From: Bacteroides sp.
GTDB lineage: Bacteria > Bacillota > Clostridia > Lachnospirales > Lachnospiraceae
Assembly: GCA_023666705.1 (NCBI GenBank)
Contig: JAMPBO010000006.1
Coordinates: 32,461 to 96,460 of the forward strand
DNA: 64,000 bases
Reading direction: 5' to 3'
Of the stretch, positions 1-8,472 are shown one piece after another. Position numbers and translations under genes: made by a program. How positions within the stretch are numbered: position 1 is the stretch's first letter; each line of letters starts with the position of its first letter. The notes below the pieces were generated by a model. It searched no databases and was not told the DNA's origin. It saw only the letters and a program-made list of their open reading frames with translations.

Positions 1-90
1 ATTTATGGAAAAGACAGAGTTGACCGACTGACCAAGGCAGGCTATAATTACGATGAAGTACAAAAAAGAGTTAATGCACTCTGTGGGTAA
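1..90 (+). CDS. 3' end of an upstream gene, product unknown (partial)
   Basis: The frame is open from the window edge to TAA at 88-90. The peptide ends ...IYGKDRVDRLTKAGYNYDEVQKRVNALCG. The start lies outside the window. Confidence 0.3.
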   Translation: MYGKDRVDRLTKAGYNYDEVQKRVNALCG

Positions 91-312
91 AATTGGTATT
101 TAAAACCAGTTTAAAATGATGTGGTTAAATTACGGTTGATAACGGGTTGGTAACAAAAACTTGAGAGATGCCAGTAAATAAGCCATTTTTAATTTTCATT
201 TTTTAATCTAATTTTAATCTGGATAACATTTTAGATTAATCCTTGCAGTGTATGATAAACACCATAAGGAACATAAATGTAGCTGATTTAAATTAGAAAG
301 GATGTATGAGTT

Positions 313-861
313 ATGGATAATTTTGAAAAGGTTGAAAAAATCAGGGAGAAAACAGGAGTTACCTATCAGGAGGCGAAAGCGGCACTTGAAGCATCAGAAT
401 ATGATATGCTTGATGCAATGGTATATTTAGAGACGCTTGGTAAAGTACCTGCACCTGACATGAATAGCTTTAAGACAAGCGGAGGTGCTATGGGCTCGTC
501 CGAGTTTGACAAGGCACAGGCATCGTATGAAAATTCATGCAGGAAGCAAACCTTTGGGGATGTGTGTACAAAGCTGTTTAACTGGTTTAAGAAGATAGTC
601 AAGAAAGGCTGCGATACTACATTTGTAGTGGATAAAAATGACGAAACTGTATTTAAAATGCCTGTGATTGTGCTGGTGCTTGCACTTATATTCCTATTTC
701 CGGTAACGGTTATATTGCTCGTTGTAGGAATGTTTTGTGATTGCAGGTATTCATTTGTAGGATTTGAATCAACATCCCTTGATATCAATGAAATGTGCGA
801 AAAGGCATCAGATGCGTGCATGGATTTAAAGAACGATTTATCAAATAAGCAGGAGGACTAA
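313..861 (+). CDS. DUF4342-family membrane protein (N-terminal UBA/EF-Ts-like motif)
   Basis: The N-terminus MDNFEKVEKIREKTGVTYQEAKAALEASEYDMLDAMVYLE is the typical DUF4342 start. There is one TM segment (VIVLVLALIFLFPVTVILLVVGMF). It directly precedes a two-component pair. Confidence 0.55.
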   Translation: MDNFEKVEKIREKTGVTYQEAKAALEASEYDMLDAMVYLETLGKVPAPDMNSFKTSGGAMGSSEFDKAQASYENSCRKQTFGDVCTKLFNWFKKIVKKGCDTTFVVDKNDETVFKMPVIVLVLALIFLFPVTVILLVVGMFCDCRYSFVGFESTSLDINEMCEKASDACMDLKNDLSNKQED

Positions 862-863
862 AG

Positions 864-1544
864 TTGGCAAGGATACTTATCATAGAGGATGAAGCAAAAA
901 TAGCCAGATTTGTAGAGCTGGAGCTTGTACATGAGGGGAATGAGGTAGCTAAGGCTGCGGATGGCAGAATGGGTCTTGACATGGCACTTTCAGAGGAGTA
1001 TGACCTTATCCTTTTGGATGTTATGCTGCCGCAGCTAAATGGTTTAGAAGTGTTAAGAAGGCTGCGTCAAAAAAAGGATACTCCTGTTATCATGCTCACC
1101 GCAAGAGATGCGGTTATGGATAAGGTATCAGGTCTTGATGCAGGTGCAGATGACTACATTACGAAGCCATTTGCCATAGAAGAGCTGCTTGCACGTATCA
1201 GGGTGGCACTGAAAAAACACAGTGGCACCCTTGGGGCGGCTACAAACCATATGGAAATAAATGGTGTGATGCTCGATGAAGACAGACATGAGGTGACTGT
1301 AAACGGAGAACCTGTAGAGCTTACCAATAGGGAATTTGAGCTGCTTTATGCATTGATGAAAAATAAAAATATTGTTATGGACAGAGAAAAGCTTATGAAT
1401 ACCGTTTGTGGATATGATTATGTCGGCGAGACGAATATTATTGACGTATATGTCAGGTATCTCCGGACAAAAATAGATGACAGGTTCGGTATAAAGCTTA
1501 TCACGACCGTGCGTGGAGTAGGCTATGTTATAAGGGAAAATTAA
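864..1544 (+). CDS. OmpR/PhoB-family response regulator
   Basis: REC domain (LIIEDE...LLDVMLP...TARD) plus C-terminal winged-helix (GYVIRE). The start is 3 nt after the upstream stop. Confidence 0.9.
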   Translation: MARILIIEDEAKIARFVELELVHEGNEVAKAADGRMGLDMALSEEYDLILLDVMLPQLNGLEVLRRLRQKKDTPVIMLTARDAVMDKVSGLDAGADDYITKPFAIEELLARIRVALKKHSGTLGAATNHMEINGVMLDEDRHEVTVNGEPVELTNREFELLYALMKNKNIVMDREKLMNTVCGYDYVGETNIIDVYVRYLRTKIDDRFGIKLITTVRGVGYVIREN

Positions 1545-1546
1545 TT

Positions 1547-2815
1547 ATGAATGAAAACAAGAAAATGACCTCAATTGCACGAAAAATTAATATGACCTTC
1601 TGGTTAAAACGTCTGGGGGATGTATTTGCAATCGATTTATTGCTTATTTGCATCGCTACAGGCTTTTTTTTCTATGAGGCGGAACAACGGGTTCCTGGGA
1701 ATACAGGAGTTTGGGATAGGGATGTTGAGGTAGATAAGGAGACAAAGGCGGTTGATTACGTTATCATTCTGTCAGATAAAACAGAGCTCAAATCCAGCAT
1801 TACTGAGTATACGGACATGCTTCGCGAGCCTGCTTATATCATCCTGATTATGGAAGGAATCCATCTGTTTTTTGCTTTGTTTAACACAAATGTTGTAAGG
1901 AAGAAAATGAGACCCCTGAATGACCTTGCGGTTCAGGCACAACAGATAAGTTATGCTGCATATGATACCTCCAAGTTTGAAAGTCTGGAGCAGGCGATTA
2001 CAAATGCACATGCTGAATCTCCTGATGTGCATATTTCAACGGGAGATAAGGATTTGCAAAGCATAGAAATTGCACTGAACAATCTGCTTCTCAAAATGAA
2101 AGAGAGTGAACGACAGCAGGCGAGATTTGTGTCGGATGCGTCCCATGAGCTCCGCACGCCAATTTCCGTTATTCAGGGCTATGTAAATATGTTGGACCGT
2201 TGGGGTAAGGAGGATGAGGAGGTATTAACGGAATCCATTGAGGCATTAAAAAATGAATCTGAGCACATGAAGGAACTGATAGAACAGCTTCTTTTTTTGG
2301 CAAGGGGAGACAGCGGAAAAAATTCACTTCATGTTACGGAGTTTAATTTAAGTGAAGTAATGAGAGAGGTGTGGGAGGAATCCTGCATGATAGATGATAA
2401 GCATGAGTATAAGCTTTCCATAACGGAAGATGCGGCATCAAAGTGGGGGCAGGAATTTGACAGGGCATACGTAATGTCAGGTGATTTGGCAATGATTAAG
2501 CAATCCGTGCGTATTTTTGTCCAAAATGCAGCCAAATATTCCGAGGAGGGAAGCTGCGTCAGCTTAGGTGTTAAAAGAGAAGGCACAGTTTTAAGTTATA
2601 TTGTTCAGGATGATGGGGTTGGAATGAACTCCACTGACGTTGTGCACATTTTTGAACGGTTTTTCCGCTCTGACAAGGCAAGAAACAGCGAGACGGGAGG
2701 CTCAGGCTTAGGGCTTTCCATAGCCAAATGGATTGTGGATGCACACGACGGAACCATAGATGTTTTGTCACGTGCTGATATAGGCACGAGGTTTACAGTG
2801 AGCTTTCAGGTTTGA
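1547..2815 (+). CDS. Sensor histidine kinase (partner of the 864-1544 response regulator)
   Basis: HisKA H-box FVSDASHELRTPISVIQGY, HATPase_c G-boxes (DDGVGM, GGSGLGLSIAK), N-terminal TM segments. Translationally coupled to the response regulator. Confidence 0.9.
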   Translation: MNENKKMTSIARKINMTFWLKRLGDVFAIDLLLICIATGFFFYEAEQRVPGNTGVWDRDVEVDKETKAVDYVIILSDKTELKSSITEYTDMLREPAYIILIMEGIHLFFALFNTNVVRKKMRPLNDLAVQAQQISYAAYDTSKFESLEQAITNAHAESPDVHISTGDKDLQSIEIALNNLLLKMKESERQQARFVSDASHELRTPISVIQGYVNMLDRWGKEDEEVLTESIEALKNESEHMKELIEQLLFLARGDSGKNSLHVTEFNLSEVMREVWEESCMIDDKHEYKLSITEDAASKWGQEFDRAYVMSGDLAMIKQSVRIFVQNAAKYSEEGSCVSLGVKREGTVLSYIVQDDGVGMNSTDVVHIFERFFRSDKARNSETGGSGLGLSIAKWIVDAHDGTIDVLSRADIGTRFTVSFQV

Positions 2816-2962
2816 AACCATTATCTAAACGATATATAAAAGCAATTTCAAGGTCATAAATAAAATCACAAAATTATAGTTTGACAAAATCTATCATGGA
2901 CACACGAAGGATATATACGAGGTATATAATGAAATTATAAAAGCGGTTATTTAGAAAATAGG

Positions 2963-3005
2963 CAATTGCGAAATGTCGTATTATCGAAAAGTAGTTTCGC
3001 AATTG
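2963..3005. promoter_or_regulatory. Perfect 11-bp inverted repeat (CAATTGCGAAA-N21-TTTCGCAATTG) in the orphan histidine-kinase leader
   Basis: Read directly from the sequence; the repeat ends 37 bp before the start codon at 3042. Confidence 0.5.
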
Positions 3006-3041
3006 ACTATATTTTAGAAAACAATGAAAGGAGAGGTGTCC

Positions 3042-4946
3042 ATGAAATTCACAATTCTACCAGATATGGAAGCAAAACGGGAAAAGCTGCAACGCAGGAA
3101 AAAAGAACGGAACAGACGGAAATTTTTCAGACAGGAAAAAAGAAGAAAACAATATCTGGCAAAGAAAGAAACTTTTTGGACAATCTTTCTGAAACGATGG
3201 ATTGTATTTCTTGTAATCAGTGCATTGCTATGTGTAGCGGGAACGATATTTGTTGAAAGAAGTGCACATGCGACAGTCTGTAAGGAATATGAGCTGTGGG
3301 TAAAGGGAATTGTAAACAGTGCAGATTCCGCAATAAAATATATCGAGGACGCCCAGAGTGATTTAAGCGATGAAGAAAAGCTGGATACATTTTGCGTCAG
3401 GGTTCAGGCAGGTATGCTTGCAGGCAATTTCCCGGAGCTTTATGATTTTTCGGCAACACTTTATGATATAACCCCGGATGAGGATGGGATAATACCCCAT
3501 ATACCAGATGTTGTTTGTGACTCCCGTAGGGAAATTATCATGCAGCTTTATTCATATGATGGAACTGGCAATGATATCACATACCATCGGTGCCCGTCGG
3601 AGCTGTTTGGTGATTTGGCAGATGATATTGCAAAGGAAGATGCGGCAGATTTCCGTTATATGAGAATGGGATTTGCAAGGGCGTTCACTTATTTTGATTA
3701 TTTCAGGGATTATTATTATGAGTCAACGAACTCCCATTGGATATGGGGCATGCAGGATTATTATGTAAAAGAAAATGAATTCAGACCAGGTGTTGTTTGG
3801 GTAGGATACACCAATCAGGACAATATAACAATAAGGGATACAGTCCAGTTGTATGATTTGACACCTGCAGATGTAAGCGGCTGGACGCATATAGATGAAG
3901 ATGTGGAGCATGATAAAAGATATGCAGGTGAGTATCCGACCCATACGTATATGCTTTATACAGGCGGAACCAAGGAGGGCAGCAGGGCTGACCAGCAGTC
4001 TCATTATTGCAGGGCGGTGAAGTATAAGGATGGCGAAACAGGTCTGCAATATGGAATTGGATGGAGAAAGCAGGATTATAGAACGGAGCTGGAAATGGAC
4101 GGTGCCAGAATGCCTGATATTAAATGGGAAAGCATGGGCAAAAAATATACGCTTATTACATACGGCTATTATGATTTCTATGCCCGTCATATGGATGTCT
4201 GTATTAAGGTGTATTGCACGGCAAGCGTGCTGGCGACGTTACTGTCATTACTCATGGCAGGCTTAAGATGGCGAAGTGTAAAGATGCAGCTTGAAATGGA
4301 AGCTTACAGAAAGAGTATTACTGATGCGATGGCACATGACCTGAAAAGTCCGTTGATGGCAATTTCAGGCTATGCGGAAAACCTGAAAGCCAATATTCAT
4401 ACTGACAAAAAGGAAGATTATGCCGACAGCATTATAGAAAATGTGTCGTACATGAATGACATCATTGAACATATTTTGGAGCTTTCCAAAACGGAGACAC
4501 GAGGGGTTTCGCTTAATAAAGAAGCACTGGAGATTTCCCTGCTTTTGGATGAAATACTTGATAAGTATGCAATTGCCATTGAAGAAAAGAAGCTTAACGT
4601 AGACATAAATGGAAGCTGCAGCCTCCGTGCTGACAGACAGCTCATTGCACAGGCAATTGACAATCTGATATCAAATGCCGTGAAATTTGCGGTGGATGAA
4701 AGCACAATTCATATGGAATGTGATAAAAACAGCATGATTATCAGCAACAGCTGTAAGGCTGGGGAAAATAAAGATTTGGATATAGCAGATATGCTTAAGC
4801 CTTTTGTAAAGGGCGACTCAAGCAGAAGCAACAAGTCAGGCAGTGGAATTGGACTGACAATTGCGAAAAACATATTTGACCTGCATGGTTACACCATGAA
4901 GCTGACCTTTAAGGAAAATACATTTACCGTAAAGATAAGCTTCTAG
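3042..4946 (+). CDS. Orphan sensor histidine kinase with polybasic N-terminal tail and ~330-aa extracytoplasmic domain
   Basis: RBS AAAGGAGAGG precedes the ATG at 3042, so the ORF-track start at 3024 is probably too early. The first ~45 aa are K/R-rich, followed by two TM segments flanking a large W/Y-rich domain. H-box AMAHDLKSPLMAISGY and HATPase_c (GSGIGLTIAK) are present. No cognate response regulator is adjacent. Confidence 0.8.
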   Translation: MKFTILPDMEAKREKLQRRKKERNRRKFFRQEKRRKQYLAKKETFWTIFLKRWIVFLVISALLCVAGTIFVERSAHATVCKEYELWVKGIVNSADSAIKYIEDAQSDLSDEEKLDTFCVRVQAGMLAGNFPELYDFSATLYDITPDEDGIIPHIPDVVCDSRREIIMQLYSYDGTGNDITYHRCPSELFGDLADDIAKEDAADFRYMRMGFARAFTYFDYFRDYYYESTNSHWIWGMQDYYVKENEFRPGVVWVGYTNQDNITIRDTVQLYDLTPADVSGWTHIDEDVEHDKRYAGEYPTHTYMLYTGGTKEGSRADQQSHYCRAVKYKDGETGLQYGIGWRKQDYRTELEMDGARMPDIKWESMGKKYTLITYGYYDFYARHMDVCIKVYCTASVLATLLSLLMAGLRWRSVKMQLEMEAYRKSITDAMAHDLKSPLMAISGYAENLKANIHTDKKEDYADSIIENVSYMNDIIEHILELSKTETRGVSLNKEALEISLLLDEILDKYAIAIEEKKLNVDINGSCSLRADRQLIAQAIDNLISNAVKFAVDESTIHMECDKNSMIISNSCKAGENKDLDIADMLKPFVKGDSSRSNKSGSGIGLTIAKNIFDLHGYTMKLTFKENTFTVKISF

Positions 4947-4970
4947 GATGTAAACAAAGGTGCGGGATAT

Positions 4971-6017
4971 TTAATCAACGGTTACATTGATACTGCCTAA
5001 GTCGCAGGAAATGTTAATGATTCCTGTGCCGCGTGTATGATATTCTTTTCCCTGGTTATCATTGTTGAAGTAGATACTGCTTAAGTCACAGGAAAGGTCA
5101 AAACCGTAATAGTTGCGGTTTTGATCTTCCGCTATAAGCTTTACGTCTGCACTTCCCATATCAAGGTCAGCAGTCATACGGTTCTTTATGGATGTGGCTG
5201 CAATGTCAAGCTTGCCCATATCAAGGTCAAAGTCCGCATCGTTTATGGTACAATCCGTAATTGTTGCATTTCCCATATCAAGATCTGCGGATATGCTGTT
5301 TATGTTGCAGTTGTCAATTGAAAGACTTCCCATGTCAAGGTCAAGCTCTAAATTATTTATATCCGCACCTGTCAGGTTGATGCTTCCATCGCTAAGCTCT
5401 GCATAAACCGTTTCAAAAAAAGTATGTTCCGGATAATAAATTGTCACATACCCCCAAGTGTCATCGTCATCAAGGTGAAAGCTTATGTTGAAATGTTCAC
5501 CATCGTCAATATACAGGGTTCCGTCTTTAATATAATAAGGTGTGTCTGTGTCAGCTGTGAGGTCGTATGCAATGTAGTAGCCATCGGATGGAGTAAATAC
5601 CACGGTTGCATTGGTATCAATCTCAACCTTGTCAAAGCTGTCAATTGCTGTTTTTTCTAAGGTATGATGTAAATGGCTGCTATCCTTATCCCAATACATG
5701 GTATGCTTTTTGGGGATATAAATACCTAGAAAAAAAGTAAAGACAACGGAAACAATTACCAGTGCAATAATAAATGGCTTGAGTGGGCTCTTCTTTTTCG
5801 GAATGTCATAATTTGAGCGGGCACCTTGATTAAGCTCTAAGTCGAGTATATTGTCAGCAAGCTCCCGCGGAGTTCCAAGCTTGGCGGTAAGGTCCTCACC
5901 CTCTGCTTCAAGACGGGAGGTATATTCACTGTAAAAATCCAAAACCTTATTTTTTTGTTCTTGCGGTAAATCTGCAAGATAACCGCCCAGCTCTGTTAAA
6001 TATTTATCTCTGTTCAT
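4971..6017 (-). CDS. DUF1700 (N-terminal helical) / DUF4097 (beta-helical 'putative adhesin') membrane protein
   Basis: MNRDKYLTELGGYLADLPQEQKNKVLDFYSEY matches the DUF1700 start. One TM segment (FIIALVIVSVVFTFFLGIY) follows, then repeated DLDMG/NxS beta-helix-like units. RBS GAGGCA... is upstream. The start is set at the internal Met; the ORF-track start at 6071 is probably over-extended. Confidence 0.55.
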   Translation of the reverse strand: MNRDKYLTELGGYLADLPQEQKNKVLDFYSEYTSRLEAEGEDLTAKLGTPRELADNILDLELNQGARSNYDIPKKKSPLKPFIIALVIVSVVFTFFLGIYIPKKHTMYWDKDSSHLHHTLEKTAIDSFDKVEIDTNATVVFTPSDGYYIAYDLTADTDTPYYIKDGTLYIDDGEHFNISFHLDDDDTWGYVTIYYPEHTFFETVYAELSDGSINLTGADINNLELDLDMGSLSIDNCNINSISADLDMGNATITDCTINDADFDLDMGKLDIAATSIKNRMTADLDMGSADVKLIAEDQNRNYYGFDLSCDLSSIYFNNDNQGKEYHTRGTGIINISCDLGSINVTVD

Positions 6018-6112
6018 AATTAAATCATGCCTTTCATTTTTTAATGAATAATTTGTTTTACATTTTAACATCTTTTTAAAATATTTTCATCCCTCTTTTG
6101 CTTTTTATTAGC

Positions 6113-6305
6113 CGTGAGCAAAATGTACTATTTCAAACTTAGTTGTGCAATATAGACAATATCACAAGCGAGGCATTGTGAAGCCGTCGGTACTTAGCGA
6201 GGTTTTTCGAGCTTAGTACCGTTACGTGCGACACATAGCGAAAGCGTGCCTTGCGGTGATTTGTCTATGTTGTACAACGGAAGTTCATAAAAGTAATGTT
6301 TTGCT
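6113..6305. repeat. Palindromic intergenic repeat family A, copy 1 (arms ~6113-6160 and 6262-6305 with ~100-bp structured insert)
   Basis: Left arm gagcaaaatgtactatttcaaacttagttgtgcaa. Right arm ttgtacaacggaagttcataaaagtaatgttttgct is its imperfect reverse complement. The central segment holds a further hairpin (ggtacttagcgag...cgagcttagtacc). Confidence 0.7.
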
Positions 6306-6452
6306 TATCTCTATTTTTATAGCCATGAACGAAACTCTGTTTTCGTAAAATGTATAAAATCAATCTACAATTATCCTTGCATAAAGCGGTTCCTTATAAT
6401 AAAATAAAAAGTGGTTATATGGGCGGATGTCCCAAGAGTTAGGAGGAAAATT

Positions 6453-7166
6453 ATGAAAATAAAATCTTTGGCATCGGAGCTTAGTGCTACATCTTATCCC
6501 GGACGTGGTATCATCATAGGAAGAACTCCGAATGGGAAAAAAGCGGCAATGGCATATTTTATCATGGGAAGAAGTGCCAACAGCAGAAACCGTATATTCG
6601 TGGAATCGGGAGAGGGTATCAGGACAGAGGCATTTGACCCCTCCAAGCTTGAGGATCCGAGTCTGATTATATATGCACCGGTAAGAGTGCTTGGCAATAA
6701 GACAATCGTTACAAATGGAGACCAGACAGATACCATATATGAGCTTATGGATAAGCAGTTCACATTTGAGCAGGCACTCAGAACAAGAGAATTTGAGCCT
6801 GATGCACCAAATTATACCCCAAGAATTTCGGGGATTCTTCACCTTGATGACGGTGAATATAATTATGCAATGTCAATTCTGAAAAGCAACAACGGAAATC
6901 CTGATGCATGCAACAGATACACGTTTGCATACTCTAAGCCTGTAGCAGGAGAGGGGCATTTTATCCATACGTATATGGGAGACGGAAACCCGCTTCCAAG
7001 CTTCGAGGGAGAACCTGTACTCGTGGATATACCAGATGATATGAATGTGTTCGCTGATATTGTTTGGAACAGTCTGGATGATGACAATAAGGTATCCTTA
7101 TTTGTGAGATACATAAATATTGAAGATGGAACCTATGAGTCAAAAATAATAAACAAAAACGCATAG
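6453..7166 (+). CDS. purO: IMP cyclohydrolase, archaeal PurO type
   Basis: RBS AGGAGG precedes ATG at 6453. MKIKSLASELSATSYPGRGIIIGRTPNGKKAAMAYFIMGRSANSRNRIF is the characteristic PurO N-terminus. An AICARFT-only purH sits immediately downstream. Confidence 0.65.
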   Translation: MKIKSLASELSATSYPGRGIIIGRTPNGKKAAMAYFIMGRSANSRNRIFVESGEGIRTEAFDPSKLEDPSLIIYAPVRVLGNKTIVTNGDQTDTIYELMDKQFTFEQALRTREFEPDAPNYTPRISGILHLDDGEYNYAMSILKSNNGNPDACNRYTFAYSKPVAGEGHFIHTYMGDGNPLPSFEGEPVLVDIPDDMNVFADIVWNSLDDDNKVSLFVRYINIEDGTYESKIINKNA

Positions 7167-7194
7167 CTTGTGCAAGGAAGAGAAAGGGACTAAA

Positions 7195-8373
7195 ATGAAC
7201 GAAATAGAATTAAAATACGGTTGTAACCCAAACCAGAAACCATCGAGAGTTTACATGAAGGAGGGAGGACAGCTCCCGATTGAGATATTAAACGGAAAGC
7301 CGGGATACATAAACCTGCTGGATGCATTTAACGGCTGGCAGTTAGTCAAGGAATTAAAAAAGGCGACGGGACTTCCTGCTGCGACTTCCTTTAAGCATGT
7401 ATCTCCTGCAGGTGCGGCGGTGGGACTTCCGCTTACGGAGGTTGAAAGAAAAATTTACTGGGTGGATGACATGGGTGAGCTGTCACCGCTTGCAAATGCA
7501 TATGCAAGGGCAAGAGGAGCGGACAGAATGTCTTCCTTTGGAGACTTTATTTCACTTTCAGATGTTTGTGATGTTGCAACTGCCAAACTGATAAAGCGTG
7601 AGGTTTCGGATGGAATCATTGCTCCCGGCTATGAGCCTGAGGCACTTGAAATACTTGCCGCAAAGAAAAAAGGAAATTACTGTGTCATAAAAATTGATGA
7701 GGCATATACCCCTGCGGCAGTGGAGACGAAGGATGTATTTGGTGTTACATTTGAGCAGGGAAGAAATGAGCTTGTAATCGATGATGCACTTTTTGCAAAT
7801 ATCGTTACCAAAAATAAAGCGATGACGGAGCAGGCAAAGATAGATTTGGCAATCGCAATGATTACACTCAAGTATACACAGTCAAACTCGGTATGCTATG
7901 CAAAGGGCGGTCAGGCGATAGGAATCGGTGCAGGACAGCAGTCCAGAATTCACTGTACAAGGCTTGCGGGACAGAAGGCTGACAACTGGTTTTTGCGTCA
8001 GTCGCCAAAGGTGCTGAACCTTCCGTTTCAGGATGGCATAGGACGTGCGGACAGGGACAACACAATTGATGTATATATGAGCGATGATTATATGGATGTT
8101 CTTGCAGATGGAACATGGGAAAAATTCTTTACAAAAAAGCCTGAGGTATTTACGAGAGAAGAAAAACGTGCATGGCTTGATCAGATGCAGGACGTGGCAC
8201 TTGGCTCGGATGCATTTTTCCCATTTGGAGACAACATAGAGCGTGCATCCAAGAGCGGAGTAAAGTACATTGCACAGCCGGGAGGCTCCATACGTGATGA
8301 CAATGTTATTGAAACCTGTGACAAATATGATATGGTAATGTGTTTTACGGGAATTCGCTTATTCCACCATTGA
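7195..8373 (+). CDS. purH: AICAR transformylase (PurH lacking the IMP cyclohydrolase domain)
   Basis: MNEIELKYGCNPNQ...SFKHVSPAGAAVG...GGSIRD are AICARFT-domain motifs. There is no MGS/IMPCH domain. ~390 aa. Confidence 0.8.
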   Translation: MNEIELKYGCNPNQKPSRVYMKEGGQLPIEILNGKPGYINLLDAFNGWQLVKELKKATGLPAATSFKHVSPAGAAVGLPLTEVERKIYWVDDMGELSPLANAYARARGADRMSSFGDFISLSDVCDVATAKLIKREVSDGIIAPGYEPEALEILAAKKKGNYCVIKIDEAYTPAAVETKDVFGVTFEQGRNELVIDDALFANIVTKNKAMTEQAKIDLAIAMITLKYTQSNSVCYAKGGQAIGIGAGQQSRIHCTRLAGQKADNWFLRQSPKVLNLPFQDGIGRADRDNTIDVYMSDDYMDVLADGTWEKFFTKKPEVFTREEKRAWLDQMQDVALGSDAFFPFGDNIERASKSGVKYIAQPGGSIRDDNVIETCDKYDMVMCFTGIRLFHH

Positions 8374-8382
8374 TGACATATG

Positions 8383-8441
8383 GCGAAAGTATGATTTATC
8401 CATATTGTACAACGGACGGTTTCAAAACATAGGGTTTTGCA
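8383..8441. repeat. Palindromic intergenic repeat family A, copy 2 (compact)
   Basis: gcgaaagtatgatttatccatattgtacaacggacggtttcaaaacatagggttttgc. It shares the ttgtacaacgga core and both arms with copy 1. It lies just after the purH stop. Confidence 0.6.
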
Positions 8442-8472
8442 ATTGTAAAAATAATGAAAAGGAGGCGGACAA

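Noticed and set aside
366-821. 151-aa antisense ORF inside the DUF4342 gene, and many similar 60-170-aa ORFs opposite or overlapping confident genes (e.g. 1772-2032, 3723-4190, 5121-5660, 16082-16786, 16988-17497, 27855-28556, 36833-37291, 39095-39728, 48587-49304, 59279-59704).
   Set aside because: They lie entirely inside longer ORFs with strong domain signatures on the other strand or frame, lack an RBS, and have low-complexity composition. They are treated as non-coding shadows.
3024-3041. ORF-track start MKGEVSM for the orphan kinase.
   Set aside because: The GGAGAGG RBS overlaps these codons, so ATG 3042 is the better-supported start.
6072-6452. Purine riboswitch or PurBox expected upstream of purO-purH.
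   Set aside because: No xpt-type three-way-junction core and no GAAC-N-GTTC PurBox was recognisable. The leader is occupied by the family-A palindromic repeat instead.
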